Positions 18,008 to 26,982 of a DNA stretch of 64,000 nucleotides are shown piece after piece (within the stretch, counting starts at the first letter, position 1; every line of letters begins with the position of its first letter). Under the pieces are notes generated by a model. It was given only the letters and a program-made list of their open reading frames with translations, had not been told where the DNA came from and searched no databases. The stretch comes from Minisyncoccota bacterium (GTDB lineage: Bacteria > Patescibacteriota > Minisyncoccia > Phycocordibacterales > DAORIS01): contig DAORIS010000002.1 in the NCBI GenBank assembly GCA_035438625.1, positions 34,832-98,831 on the forward strand. Reading direction: 5' to 3'. The position numbers and the translations under genes were made by a program.

Positions 18008-18121
18008 ATGTCACTTTATTCAAACCGATCAAACAAATTTATCAAGCGCCTTTGGATGGTAATCAGCATCTTGGTTATTATTTCGTTCCTTCTCTTGTAC
18101 TTGCCTTCGTTTAGGTTCTAA
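18008..18121 (+). CDS. Small single-TM membrane peptide, 37 aa (MSLYSNRSNKFIKRLWMVISILVIISFLLLYLPSFRF)
   Basis: Not in the ORF track. Basic N-terminus plus hydrophobic helix; fills an intergenic gap. Confidence 0.55.
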   Translation: MSLYSNRSNKFIKRLWMVISILVIISFLLLYLPSFRF

Positions 18122-18252
18122 ATTGGTTTCAAAACATACATCTTGACATACTGACACAAAATGCCAGTGTTCTCATAGGTCGCTACTGAAAAGTGCTTGG
18201 CAAGTGTCAGCCACCTGGGTGTTCCAGGTCAATGGTAGCGAAGGAGCTCTTT

Positions 18253-18798
18253 ATGTTAAAGCGTTGGAACAGACTTACTCTGAAGTGGATTAAGGATAAC
18301 GAATACCGTAGCACTGGCATTAGTCAACTAGGAGCTGATTGTGGTAACTATGTACTTCACAAACTTACCGCCACGTCATATCCAGGTTCCTACGGACAAA
18401 TTGAGATACACGTAGGTTGCTTGTTCGGGAAGAAGCTGCACGAAAAAGACATAACCTTTCTCAGCAGTTTAATCCATAAAGTACTTCAAGAAACAAGCGG
18501 TCAAGTCACCCATTCAATGGACAACCCGGGATTGTTTACGTTCCATTTCGTCGTATCCGATAACCACGGCTTCTCAAAACGAGCAATTAAAATCGTCAGA
18601 TCCATCCTGAGAGAGTTCCGAATTGACGATTTCAATAACTCCACACTTACCAACTTTCACTTCGAACAACTAACATTTGTTAAAGTTAAAGGTGACTGGA
18701 TACAGTTAGATGTTCTAATTCGTATGAACAACGGTCTTCCTTGCATACCAAGAAAGGTTGTAATTCCACAGCGTCCGAGAAAATTTTTACCAATCTAA
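18253..18798 (+). CDS. Hypothetical protein (no recognisable family)
   Basis: SD aaggag at 18241, ATG at 18253, own terminator. Confidence 0.65.
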   Translation: MLKRWNRLTLKWIKDNEYRSTGISQLGADCGNYVLHKLTATSYPGSYGQIEIHVGCLFGKKLHEKDITFLSSLIHKVLQETSGQVTHSMDNPGLFTFHFVVSDNHGFSKRAIKIVRSILREFRIDDFNNSTLTNFHFEQLTFVKVKGDWIQLDVLIRMNNGLPCIPRKVVIPQRPRKFLPI

Positions 18799-18811
18799 AT
18801 AGACAACCAAT

Positions 18812-18846
18812 ACCACCAACGCACTAAGTGCACGTTGGTGGTTTTT
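18812..18846. terminator. Intrinsic terminator between convergent genes
   Basis: accaccaacg...cgttggtggt plus T-run. Confidence 0.75.
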
Positions 18847-18863
18847 ATATTTAAAAAGTAAAC

Positions 18864-20702
18864 CTAATCCCCTCCCTTCACCATCTTAATGAAGACATCT
18901 TGAGGAATATTCACCGTTCCTCTCTCCTTCATTTTCTTCTTTCCTTTCTTCTGTTTTTCGAGAAGTTTCATCTTTCGTGTAATGTCACCTCCATAAAGGT
19001 ATCCGGTAACATCCTTTCGCATGGCTGAGACGCTCTCTGAGGCGATAATTCGGCCCTGGGCCTTTGCTTGAATCTTCATAGCAAACATTTGTCGTGGAAG
19101 CACAGATTGGAGCTTCTCGACGGCTTTTCGGGCTTCAAGCTCCAGGCGTTTTCGTGAGACTACACGTGCAAAAGCAACCACTGGTTCGTCAGCAACAAGT
19201 ATGTCCATTCGAACAACATCGGCACTTCTCATCTCACCCATTTCATACGAGATAGAAGCATATCCTGATGTGAGACTTTTAATCTCATCAAAAAAATTTC
19301 GCATCATTTCTCGAAGTGGCAACTTTGCTTCAATCGCAGTTCGCTCTGTTCCAAAAAGATCAGTGTTTCCAACTTCTGCTTCATGTTCGTATAACACTTG
19401 TACCAAGCTTCCAACATATTCAGGAGGAGTGATGAGTTTAATGTTCACCCATGGTTCTCGAACCGATGTTATTAATGAATCTTCTGGAAAGAATATTGGT
19501 GAATATACTTTTTCAGTTTTTCCGTTTTTCATGGTCACTTCGTATGTGATAGATGGAGTTGTAACAATAAGTGAAAGTGAAAATTCCCGCTTTAAGCGTT
19601 CAGTGATAATTTCCAAATGAAGCATTCCGAGGAATCCGCAACGGAATCCGCGACCAAGGGCACCCGATGATTCTTCTTCAAATGAAAGTGCCGAGTCAGA
19701 TAGCTGCAAACGTTCAAGCGCCTGTCGAAGCAACGGAAAATCGTCTTGGCTTTCAGGATAAAGTGATGCCCACACAACTGGAAGTGCTGATTGATATCCA
19801 GGTAGTGCTTGTACTGGCTTCTTATCCAAGAAAATCGTGTCTCCAACAGAAGCAATTCCTGGCTCCTTGATTCCAGTTACAATGTATCCAATCATTCCGT
19901 TAGACAAACTATCAACTGGAGTTTCTTGTGGGGCAAACGTTCCTGTTTCAGTAGATTTGAATCGTGCATTTGAAACTGAGAATCGGCACTCGTCTCCTTT
20001 TTTAAACTCACCTCCGAATACTCGAACATACACAATAACTCCGCGGTGGTCTGAATATTGAAAATCAAAAATAAGTGCCCGAGGTCGGTCTTCTTGTGGA
20101 AATCCTTGATGATCAGTTACAACTTCTTTTGCTTCTTTTCTTTCAAATGGAGAAGGAATTCTTGCAACGATTGCCTGAATGAGTTCTTCTACTCCCTGTC
20201 CTGTCTTTCCAGAGACCTCCATAATTGTGTCTTCCTCCACACCTAAAAGTTCGGCCACTTCTTTTTTAACTCGTGGAATGTCAGCGTATGGAGAATCAAT
20301 CTTACTTACTGCGGGAATAATCACATGACCTAGCGTTCGTGCCATCGCAAGTGTTGTTAGTGTCTGCGCTTGCACACCTTGTGTCGCATCAACCAAAAGC
20401 ACTGACCCTTCTACTGCGGTTAGCGCACGTGATACTTCGTATGAAAAATCAATGTGTCCAGGAGTATCAATCAGGTGAAGCATAAAATCAACGCCATTGC
20501 GAGAATATTTCATGCGCACTGGCTGCATCTTAATGGTGATACCGCGTTCACGTTCCAGATCCATTGAGTCCAATACCTGGTCCTTCATTTTTCTTGCCTC
20601 AATTGTATGGGTCATCTCCAACATGCGGTCAGCAAGCGTGGACTTACCATGGTCAATATGGGCAATAATTGTAAAGTTTCTGATCTGCTTAGACTGGTTC
20701 AT
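18864..20702 (-). CDS. lepA: Elongation factor 4 (LepA)
   Basis: AHIDHGKSTLADR, RERGITIK, DTPGH, GFRCGFLGMLH, YGGDITRKMKLLEKQKKGK. Confidence 0.98.
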   Translation of the reverse strand: MNQSKQIRNFTIIAHIDHGKSTLADRMLEMTHTIEARKMKDQVLDSMDLERERGITIKMQPVRMKYSRNGVDFMLHLIDTPGHIDFSYEVSRALTAVEGSVLLVDATQGVQAQTLTTLAMARTLGHVIIPAVSKIDSPYADIPRVKKEVAELLGVEEDTIMEVSGKTGQGVEELIQAIVARIPSPFERKEAKEVVTDHQGFPQEDRPRALIFDFQYSDHRGVIVYVRVFGGEFKKGDECRFSVSNARFKSTETGTFAPQETPVDSLSNGMIGYIVTGIKEPGIASVGDTIFLDKKPVQALPGYQSALPVVWASLYPESQDDFPLLRQALERLQLSDSALSFEEESSGALGRGFRCGFLGMLHLEIITERLKREFSLSLIVTTPSITYEVTMKNGKTEKVYSPIFFPEDSLITSVREPWVNIKLITPPEYVGSLVQVLYEHEAEVGNTDLFGTERTAIEAKLPLREMMRNFFDEIKSLTSGYASISYEMGEMRSADVVRMDILVADEPVVAFARVVSRKRLELEARKAVEKLQSVLPRQMFAMKIQAKAQGRIIASESVSAMRKDVTGYLYGGDITRKMKLLEKQKKGKKKMKERGTVNIPQDVFIKMVKGGD

Positions 20703-22365
20703 TTTCGGAGATGACTACGGCTGGCTTCTTACGTGTGATGCCGTCGAGGACGTGTCGAGCCTCAAGATTACCAATAGCTAGCAAAATTGCAAAGGCCCCA
20801 ACAATTCCAGTCACTCCAGCGACTGCTCCATGGAGAAATACCCCCAAGACTCGAGTTGTATCAACTGAGTCTGCAAATAGCTGAAGTACTGTGTACGCAA
20901 CTGCTCCTGCAACAAATGCACCCAGTAAATGTTCACATACAGGACGTACGAGTGAGCGGAGGTATCCCTTCATCACTTTCCTAAGAGACAACAGGAGACT
21001 ACATGCAGTAACTGCTGCACCGATACTGAAAGCAATTGGAAGCATGAGGACATCACTTCCATATTCCCCCTCTACACGCAACAAGTGTTCTAGAAAGTTT
21101 TCGATAGCCGGCACCTTATTCCACAAGATCATTAATATTCCAAGTACCGCAAAGCTTGTAAAACCACCAAGTAAGTTGGAAAGGAGTGGAATTTTTGTAC
21201 TTCCTCGTGCATACCATGTTCGGGTCATCACAAGAGAGAGTGACTGGAGTACAAGTGACGTTGTAAAGAGCGCAAAGGCTGCGGCAGTCAATCGCGTAGC
21301 ATTCCAGTCAAAGGCACCAGCACCGAGCGCTGTTCGAACAATTTGTGCACGAAGGACAATACAGAGCGCTGAGGCGAGTAAGCCAAAAAAGATTACCTGA
21401 CGGAGCGTAAAGATAAATTTCTCACGAAACACATCATTGTTCTGCTCTGAAAACAGTCTCGTCAGTGTTGGAAAAAGCGCAACAGAAAAACTCATACCAA
21501 TAAGCGACAGTGATACTGACTGAAGGTTCCATGCCAAGTTGAATACGGTAATTGATCCCACAACCAAATATCCTGCGACAATAACGAATGTAAATTCCAC
21601 CAACTCTGAGATTGATAAAGATAATGTTCGAGGAAGAGACGCGCGAATCACAGATGCGCTTTTCCTCAAAATTACGAATGGATTTTCTCGCGAAAGTCCT
21701 GGCACTTTTTTCTGCTTGATCAAATACGGAAGTTGAATTGCAGCGTGCAAGAACGCTCCAATTGCGACACCCCATACCGCCCCAATAATTCCATGTCTTC
21801 CAGCTAAAAATACTGCACCGCAGATAATTCCCAGGTTATACAGGATTGGTGATAGCGCAGTAATGATAAAACGTTGTGATGTCTGAATGATCGACGAGAA
21901 GATATTCGAAATACCCAAGAGAATTGGAGAGAGCAATAATAGCCGTGTCATAGCAACGAGCTCAGGCATCATGTCACCATATGCCGGGAAAAGAAGTGGG
22001 AGAATGAGCGGCGCTACAAAAAATGCAGCGAGTGCAAGTATAAGCACCATCCAGAAAAAAGCAGTAAATATTGTCTTGATTAATTCTTCTTGATCCTTTT
22101 CTCCACGCTTTTGCGCTTCAACAAGCATTGGCACAAGCACTGAAACTGAAATCAGTGCTGAGACAGCAATAAAGAGCATGTCTGGGATACGAAACGCAGC
22201 ATAATAGAGATCTAGCTCTTTACCCACTCCAAACGTACTTGCAAACACTCGATCTCGAAAGAGTGCCAGTAATTGCGAAACAAGTGCTGATGCAGCAAGA
22301 ATATATGCTGCATGATGTACAGCGCGTACCTCTTTATTAAACAGTCCTATGAGGTTCCGCACCAT
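20689..22365 (-). CDS. murJ: Lipid II flippase MurJ
   Basis: RDRVFASTFG, AFRIPD, multi-TM MOP-family pattern. Confidence 0.88.
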   Translation of the reverse strand: MVRNLIGLFNKEVRAVHHAAYILAASALVSQLLALFRDRVFASTFGVGKELDLYYAAFRIPDMLFIAVSALISVSVLVPMLVEAQKRGEKDQEELIKTIFTAFFWMVLILALAAFFVAPLILPLLFPAYGDMMPELVAMTRLLLLSPILLGISNIFSSIIQTSQRFIITALSPILYNLGIICGAVFLAGRHGIIGAVWGVAIGAFLHAAIQLPYLIKQKKVPGLSRENPFVILRKSASVIRASLPRTLSLSISELVEFTFVIVAGYLVVGSITVFNLAWNLQSVSLSLIGMSFSVALFPTLTRLFSEQNNDVFREKFIFTLRQVIFFGLLASALCIVLRAQIVRTALGAGAFDWNATRLTAAAFALFTTSLVLQSLSLVMTRTWYARGSTKIPLLSNLLGGFTSFAVLGILMILWNKVPAIENFLEHLLRVEGEYGSDVLMLPIAFSIGAAVTACSLLLSLRKVMKGYLRSLVRPVCEHLLGAFVAGAVAYTVLQLFADSVDTTRVLGVFLHGAVAGVTGIVGAFAILLAIGNLEARHVLDGITRKKPAVVISENEPV

Positions 22366-22370
22366 AGCGG

Positions 22371-24773
22371 CTATTCTTCAGTTTCCCCTTCGCTTCCAGT
22401 AGTATCTTCTTCTGTGTCAATAGCTTCCTCTGCCTGAATTGCTCGTGAACCACTTGAAAGTGAACTTGAGAGCGCTTGCACATCTGTGTTTTCAGGGTTT
22501 GTTGTAAGCAAGATGTCTGTAAGCATTCGAGCCTCTTCGTTTCTTCCTAGTTCCCTGTATGTAAGTGCCAAGAAATACTGCGCGTTTGCATACTGAGGAT
22601 TAATGATAAGTGCTCGCTCAAAATCACGTGATGCCCCCTCAAAATCATCTATGTTGTACTTAAGAATTCCAACCTGGAGATGTGCATCAGCATTTGTAGG
22701 AGCAGTGAGTGCACCAACTTCAGCAGCTTCGATTGCCTTTTCTATTGAATTCTCTTGGATGTGGAGCTGTGCCTTGAAGAAATATGCGTCTGTGTAATTT
22801 GCCTTGAGTGCAATTGCTTGGTCAGCATATTCGAATGCCTTAGAGACATTACCGTTATTCCTCTCAAGTTGCGCAAGCGCAAGCTTAATCAATGGATTAG
22901 ATGGGGAAAGCTTCTGTGCTCGATCATACGCAGCGAGTGCTTGATCATATGCACCTTCAACCTTATACGCCGCAAGGACTGAGTATGTGTCTCCTAATGA
23001 CAACCAGTTTACATAACTATCTTCATTAAGTGCAACTGCCCGTGATGCGATACCGGTAACTTGCTGCACAATTGCTTGTCCTTGTTCCTGGAGTGCCTGT
23101 TGTTGGCTCTGGCTAGCGTTTTGAGAACTTGAGACGAATGTTGAAAGCTGTTGCAAACCAACACTGATCAACTCTCGGTAATACGAATCCCTTTCATCGA
23201 ATTGAAGTGCTCGATTATATCGTGATGTTGCTTCTGGAACATTTCCCTGAGCGAGTGCAGTTGAAGCACGATTCACTTCATATCGAGCATACGCTTGTGT
23301 TGTGAAGAGATATCCAAGCATGATGATACCCAAAAGAAGGAGAACAAGTCCTGCAACAGAGGCAAACGCTGCTCGTGGATCAGAGAGGTATGAGTACGCA
23401 CGAGTTCGAACAATTCCCATCGCAAGAGCGACCGTGATAAGAAGCCCGAGAAAGACAAACAAATATGTGTACAGTACTAATCCAGGGTTGCTGAATAGGA
23501 AGATCAAGATGAGATATACGACGCTAAATGAAAGCACTGCACCGTGATTACGCTCATGTTCTTCTCCGACTGTTCCAAGTAATAACCTAAACATAAGGAT
23601 TGCAGCAAACGCAATGAGTGCGATCCACGCCAATAGTCCTGGGATACCGAGAGTTACAAGTGAACTTAAGACTGTGCTAAATCCAAATGAAAAATCTGAG
23701 CTCCAAAGAATTGTGTTGTTGACTTCAATTGGCTTGAATTGGTTCCATGCGACATTAAATTGTCCTGGGCCCACTCCAAACACCTTTCCTTCCTTAATAA
23801 CATTCCAACCAAGTTCAAGTGTTGCAAGTGGAGAAAGCTTTGCTTCAATGTGCGGTGCATTGAAATTATTCAAAAAGCCTAGTCCAGGAACGTTTGACGC
23901 GATTGAGAAGACACTTGCACGTCCTGAAATCAAAATCATTGCAAACGACACAAGCACGATAACAAGCGGAGCTGTTGGTATTTTTGTAATAAAACGAGAC
24001 ACAGGAGTAGCTGTTCCAGGAATCACCTCAGCAGCACGTTCTGCCATTTGCTGATTTGCCTGCCGTGTCATTTTAAGGAATGAGTACACGAAGATAAGAA
24101 CTGCTGAAACACCCACCAACCACCAAACAGTGTTTATGTTAACAACTGAGATAGCAAGAGCTGAAATAACGATCGCAGCCGTTGAGATAACTACCCACAG
24201 ACGCTTTCGCGCTAAGAACTGGTGGTATGCAAGTGAGAGCACAAGCAAGAAGCCCGCAAAGAGTCCGACATCTGGCCATGCACCAAGTGGAGATGAGAGG
24301 AGGTTTCCAAAAATTCCAAAGTTAAGTGTTGCAGGTCCCATCAAGAAACGAATAGTGTGGAAGAGGACAAGAATCGCACCACCGATCCATGTGGCAATAA
24401 ATACCGAGCGAACAGTTCGGAGGGTTGTAAAAAATCGAACTGTAGCAAGAAGGAAAATAAGTCCCGCAAACACATAAGCAGCAGAATCAACCGTTGCAAT
24501 ATCAATAATTGTTGATGCACGGAGCGCAACAAGTGCTGAACTGATTATGGTAATAAGGAACAGTACCACAACTGCAGTTAATACGTGTGTTCGAGGAAAT
24601 TCAAATGAACCGAGCTTAAGATCGCTAATAACAACTGATAATGCGAGAAACAACATCACAAGCAAGACCATGATTGGCTTACTTGCAAATAACATGAACG
24701 TTGAAGGAATAATGAAAAAGGGTAACGCTGCAATTAAAACAAGCAGTGCACCTCGCGAAATAAATGTAAGCAT
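22371..24773 (-). CDS. O-antigen-ligase-like membrane protein with C-terminal TPR repeats
   Basis: About 12 TM segments, FGVGPGQF loop, TPR repeats, acidic tail. Start set at MLTFISRG. Confidence 0.75.
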   Translation of the reverse strand: MLTFISRGALLVLIAALPFFIIPSTFMLFASKPIMVLLVMLFLALSVVISDLKLGSFEFPRTHVLTAVVVLFLITIISSALVALRASTIIDIATVDSAAYVFAGLIFLLATVRFFTTLRTVRSVFIATWIGGAILVLFHTIRFLMGPATLNFGIFGNLLSSPLGAWPDVGLFAGFLLVLSLAYHQFLARKRLWVVISTAAIVISALAISVVNINTVWWLVGVSAVLIFVYSFLKMTRQANQQMAERAAEVIPGTATPVSRFITKIPTAPLVIVLVSFAMILISGRASVFSIASNVPGLGFLNNFNAPHIEAKLSPLATLELGWNVIKEGKVFGVGPGQFNVAWNQFKPIEVNNTILWSSDFSFGFSTVLSSLVTLGIPGLLAWIALIAFAAILMFRLLLGTVGEEHERNHGAVLSFSVVYLILIFLFSNPGLVLYTYLFVFLGLLITVALAMGIVRTRAYSYLSDPRAAFASVAGLVLLLLGIIMLGYLFTTQAYARYEVNRASTALAQGNVPEATSRYNRALQFDERDSYYRELISVGLQQLSTFVSSSQNASQSQQQALQEQGQAIVQQVTGIASRAVALNEDSYVNWLSLGDTYSVLAAYKVEGAYDQALAAYDRAQKLSPSNPLIKLALAQLERNNGNVSKAFEYADQAIALKANYTDAYFFKAQLHIQENSIEKAIEAAEVGALTAPTNADAHLQVGILKYNIDDFEGASRDFERALIINPQYANAQYFLALTYRELGRNEEARMLTDILLTTNPENTDVQALSSSLSSGSRAIQAEEAIDTEEDTTGSEGETEE

Positions 24774-24800
24774 GATGTATAAGTATATAGTACAACCGCT

Positions 24801-24834
24801 AAAAAAAGCACAGCTCCCCATGTGGAGAGCTGTG
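24801..24834 (-). terminator. Terminator of rnpB
   Basis: Minus strand cacagctctccacatggggagctgtg plus T7. Confidence 0.8.
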
Positions 24835-25199
24835 GTGCACTGTAAGCCGAATTCTGTTCTAAGAGGTATTGCTACGTACTTAGAGATATATATATGTCTG
24901 GAGAATAGATCGCTCTATCCTTCTTGCGTCTCTCTATGCTCTTGCGCCTCGTACGAGACGTCGCAAGAACACAGCACGGACTTGCACTCAGGCAAGGATT
25001 TAGCCGTTTCATTCCCTTATTCAGTATTAGGGATTCACCCACAAGTGGGTGCCTCTGGCTTTCACCTCGGGCGTCACTGCTCGCACCTCGCGGATTACTC
25101 CGTGCAGGGGTTACCTGCTGCCTTTCTCCAGGCGGACCTGGGAGTGTTCGGACTTTCCTCACGATGTAGAAAATCTATATCGCGCATATACCCGTGCAC
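24835..25199 (-). ncRNA. rnpB: RNase P RNA
   Basis: Minus strand GAGGAAAGTCCG and AACAGAATTCGGCTTA (P4 halves), TGAAACGGCTAAATCC, closing P1 gtgcac/gtgcac. Confidence 0.95.
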
Positions 25200-25230
25200 A
25201 TATATATCATGACACAAAAAAGAACTTTAT

Positions 25231-26982
25231 TCAATACTTACGGTGTACCCTCTTTTTTGGTGCTAATGGGAGTGCCCCGCCGGCAACAATCATTGATCCG
25301 ATGATAATCATGAGGTACATAAGAGCCATGTCTCGTGGTGTTCGTGTTTGTCCAAAGGCAGCGAAAGTGGAAGCGCCAGCACCTGAGCGGATAAGATTAT
25401 CTTCTAAGAAATCTTCTGTTTCAGCGATCCAGGGAAAAGTCTCCCAGGGAAGCAGGCCGTTTGGAGTCCATCCACTGTCCCAAATAACAATACCATCCAC
25501 ATTAAGCGCTTTTAACGTATCAAGTTGTAGTCGATAAAAATCAAGTGGTAACTGTTGTAGCGCCAATCCTCCCGCTGTCGATTCATGATACCTTGGCCAA
25601 ATAAATGGATACACCGGTTTACCATATCGCTCTGCAATAGCAACTGTATACTCGGCGTAATACAACCAATCTTGTTGACTATTGTTTGACGTATATAGAG
25701 ATGGAAAAATATAATCTACCGCATTTGCAATTGGTGCAAGAAAATCACTTGCAGCAACAACCGCTTCGTACGCTGCAGTAAATTGTGCAGCTTGAGAAAC
25801 CGCCCACGCATCACCATCTTGGAGTAATCCATAGTTAACAGCGTGCGTAAGCTCTGACAAAGGGATAATAGAGTAAATACCGACCTTTAAATCAGGTCGC
25901 TCGTCTCGTATCCACCCAATAACTCGCAAATATTTTTCTGTTGAACTTGCTACAGCCACCTCACTATGAAAGTTAATGTTTGCAGGCCAACTTTCGATAT
26001 CAGGAACAGCTACAGCATTTAACGGGACTGTTTGTGCCCACGCACGAGTTGCAACTTCACTTGGCTCACCCGGGTTAGTTGCAGACGCATTATCAAAGAA
26101 ATATCCTCCCCAACCTACATAAATCGGATTTACTGCTGCACTAAAGATTGTTGGTTTATCGGTATACCCACCTATCGCATCAAATATTTTAAATATAGTG
26201 TTGTAAACAGGATCTGGAGGAGCATTGTCGTTTGAATTATTTCGACCTCCACCACCTCCACCTCCACTCCTTCTACGCTTAACTGTAGTTGTCGCCGTAG
26301 AATTTGTTCCCGTGTTTTTTGCAAGCGTTTGATTAACTAAAGTTGCATAGGCAAGATTTAATGCCGATCTTGTTTGTGGTCCAATTGATCCAACTGGTTC
26401 AAGTCCTTTCGATAGCTGAAAACTTGCTACCGCCTGAGCGGTGATAGGGCCAAAAAATCCTGTTGGCGGTTCAGTCATAAAACCAAGCGCAACAAGCAAT
26501 TCCTGAAGAGCCGTTACCTCAGCACCCCGAGCTCCAATTGTTTGTGGAAGAGTAAATGTAAATGAAGGAATTATTGTTGTGCTGGTTGTAGCTGGACTAG
26601 TAGGAAGAACATTCTGTGGTGCTCCACACACAAACAATCTAGTTAGAGGACCAAAAAATCCAGTTGCAGGAGTTATATTGACTGCCATTTGAAAATTTTT
26701 CAAAGCTTGCTGGGTCTTAAGTCCAAACGATGTAGTCTCTTGTCCAGGAGAACCGAGACCGGTTTGAGAAATGACATAGCCGTTGGCATTTAAGAATTGT
26801 TGGAGTGCGCGGACATCTTCACCTTCTGAATCAACCCTTAAATCACGAGTATAGATACAGGTTGTGTTTGTTTGAGCATTACTTTCTTTGAAAATAAATG
26901 CATCGTGCGTTAGCGATAGCCCAAAAATCAATCCGCTAATAGTTACATAACACACCAATCTCAAAAACTTAAAATTATTCAT
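25231..26982 (-). CDS. Secreted protein: two peptidoglycan-binding domains + glycoside-hydrolase-like domain + C-terminal TM anchor
   Basis: DVRALQQFL...GFFGPLT and EVTALQELL...GPQTRSAL repeats, Gly linker, DIESWP and FPSLY motifs, C-terminal TM with basic tail. Confidence 0.75.
   Translation of the reverse strand: MNNFKFLRLVCYVTISGLIFGLSLTHDAFIFKESNAQTNTTCIYTRDLRVDSEGEDVRALQQFLNANGYVISQTGLGSPGQETTSFGLKTQQALKNFQMAVNITPATGFFGPLTRLFVCGAPQNVLPTSPATTSTTIIPSFTFTLPQTIGARGAEVTALQELLVALGFMTEPPTGFFGPITAQAVASFQLSKGLEPVGSIGPQTRSALNLAYATLVNQTLAKNTGTNSTATTTVKRRRSGGGGGGGRNNSNDNAPPDPVYNTIFKIFDAIGGYTDKPTIFSAAVNPIYVGWGGYFFDNASATNPGEPSEVATRAWAQTVPLNAVAVPDIESWPANINFHSEVAVASSTEKYLRVIGWIRDERPDLKVGIYSIIPLSELTHAVNYGLLQDGDAWAVSQAAQFTAAYEAVVAASDFLAPIANAVDYIFPSLYTSNNSQQDWLYYAEYTVAIAERYGKPVYPFIWPRYHESTAGGLALQQLPLDFYRLQLDTLKALNVDGIVIWDSGWTPNGLLPWETFPWIAETEDFLEDNLIRSGAGASTFAAFGQTRTPRDMALMYLMIIIGSMIVAGGALPLAPKKRVHRKY

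Noticed and set aside
20295-20310. LepA G4 motif SKID (and Obg TKSD) instead of NKxD
   Set aside because: Single conservative changes in otherwise intact GTPases; too weak to interpret without an alignment.
24547-25537. ORFs of 221, 96, 81 and 162 aa
   Set aside because: Shadows of RNase P RNA and of the flanking minus-strand genes.
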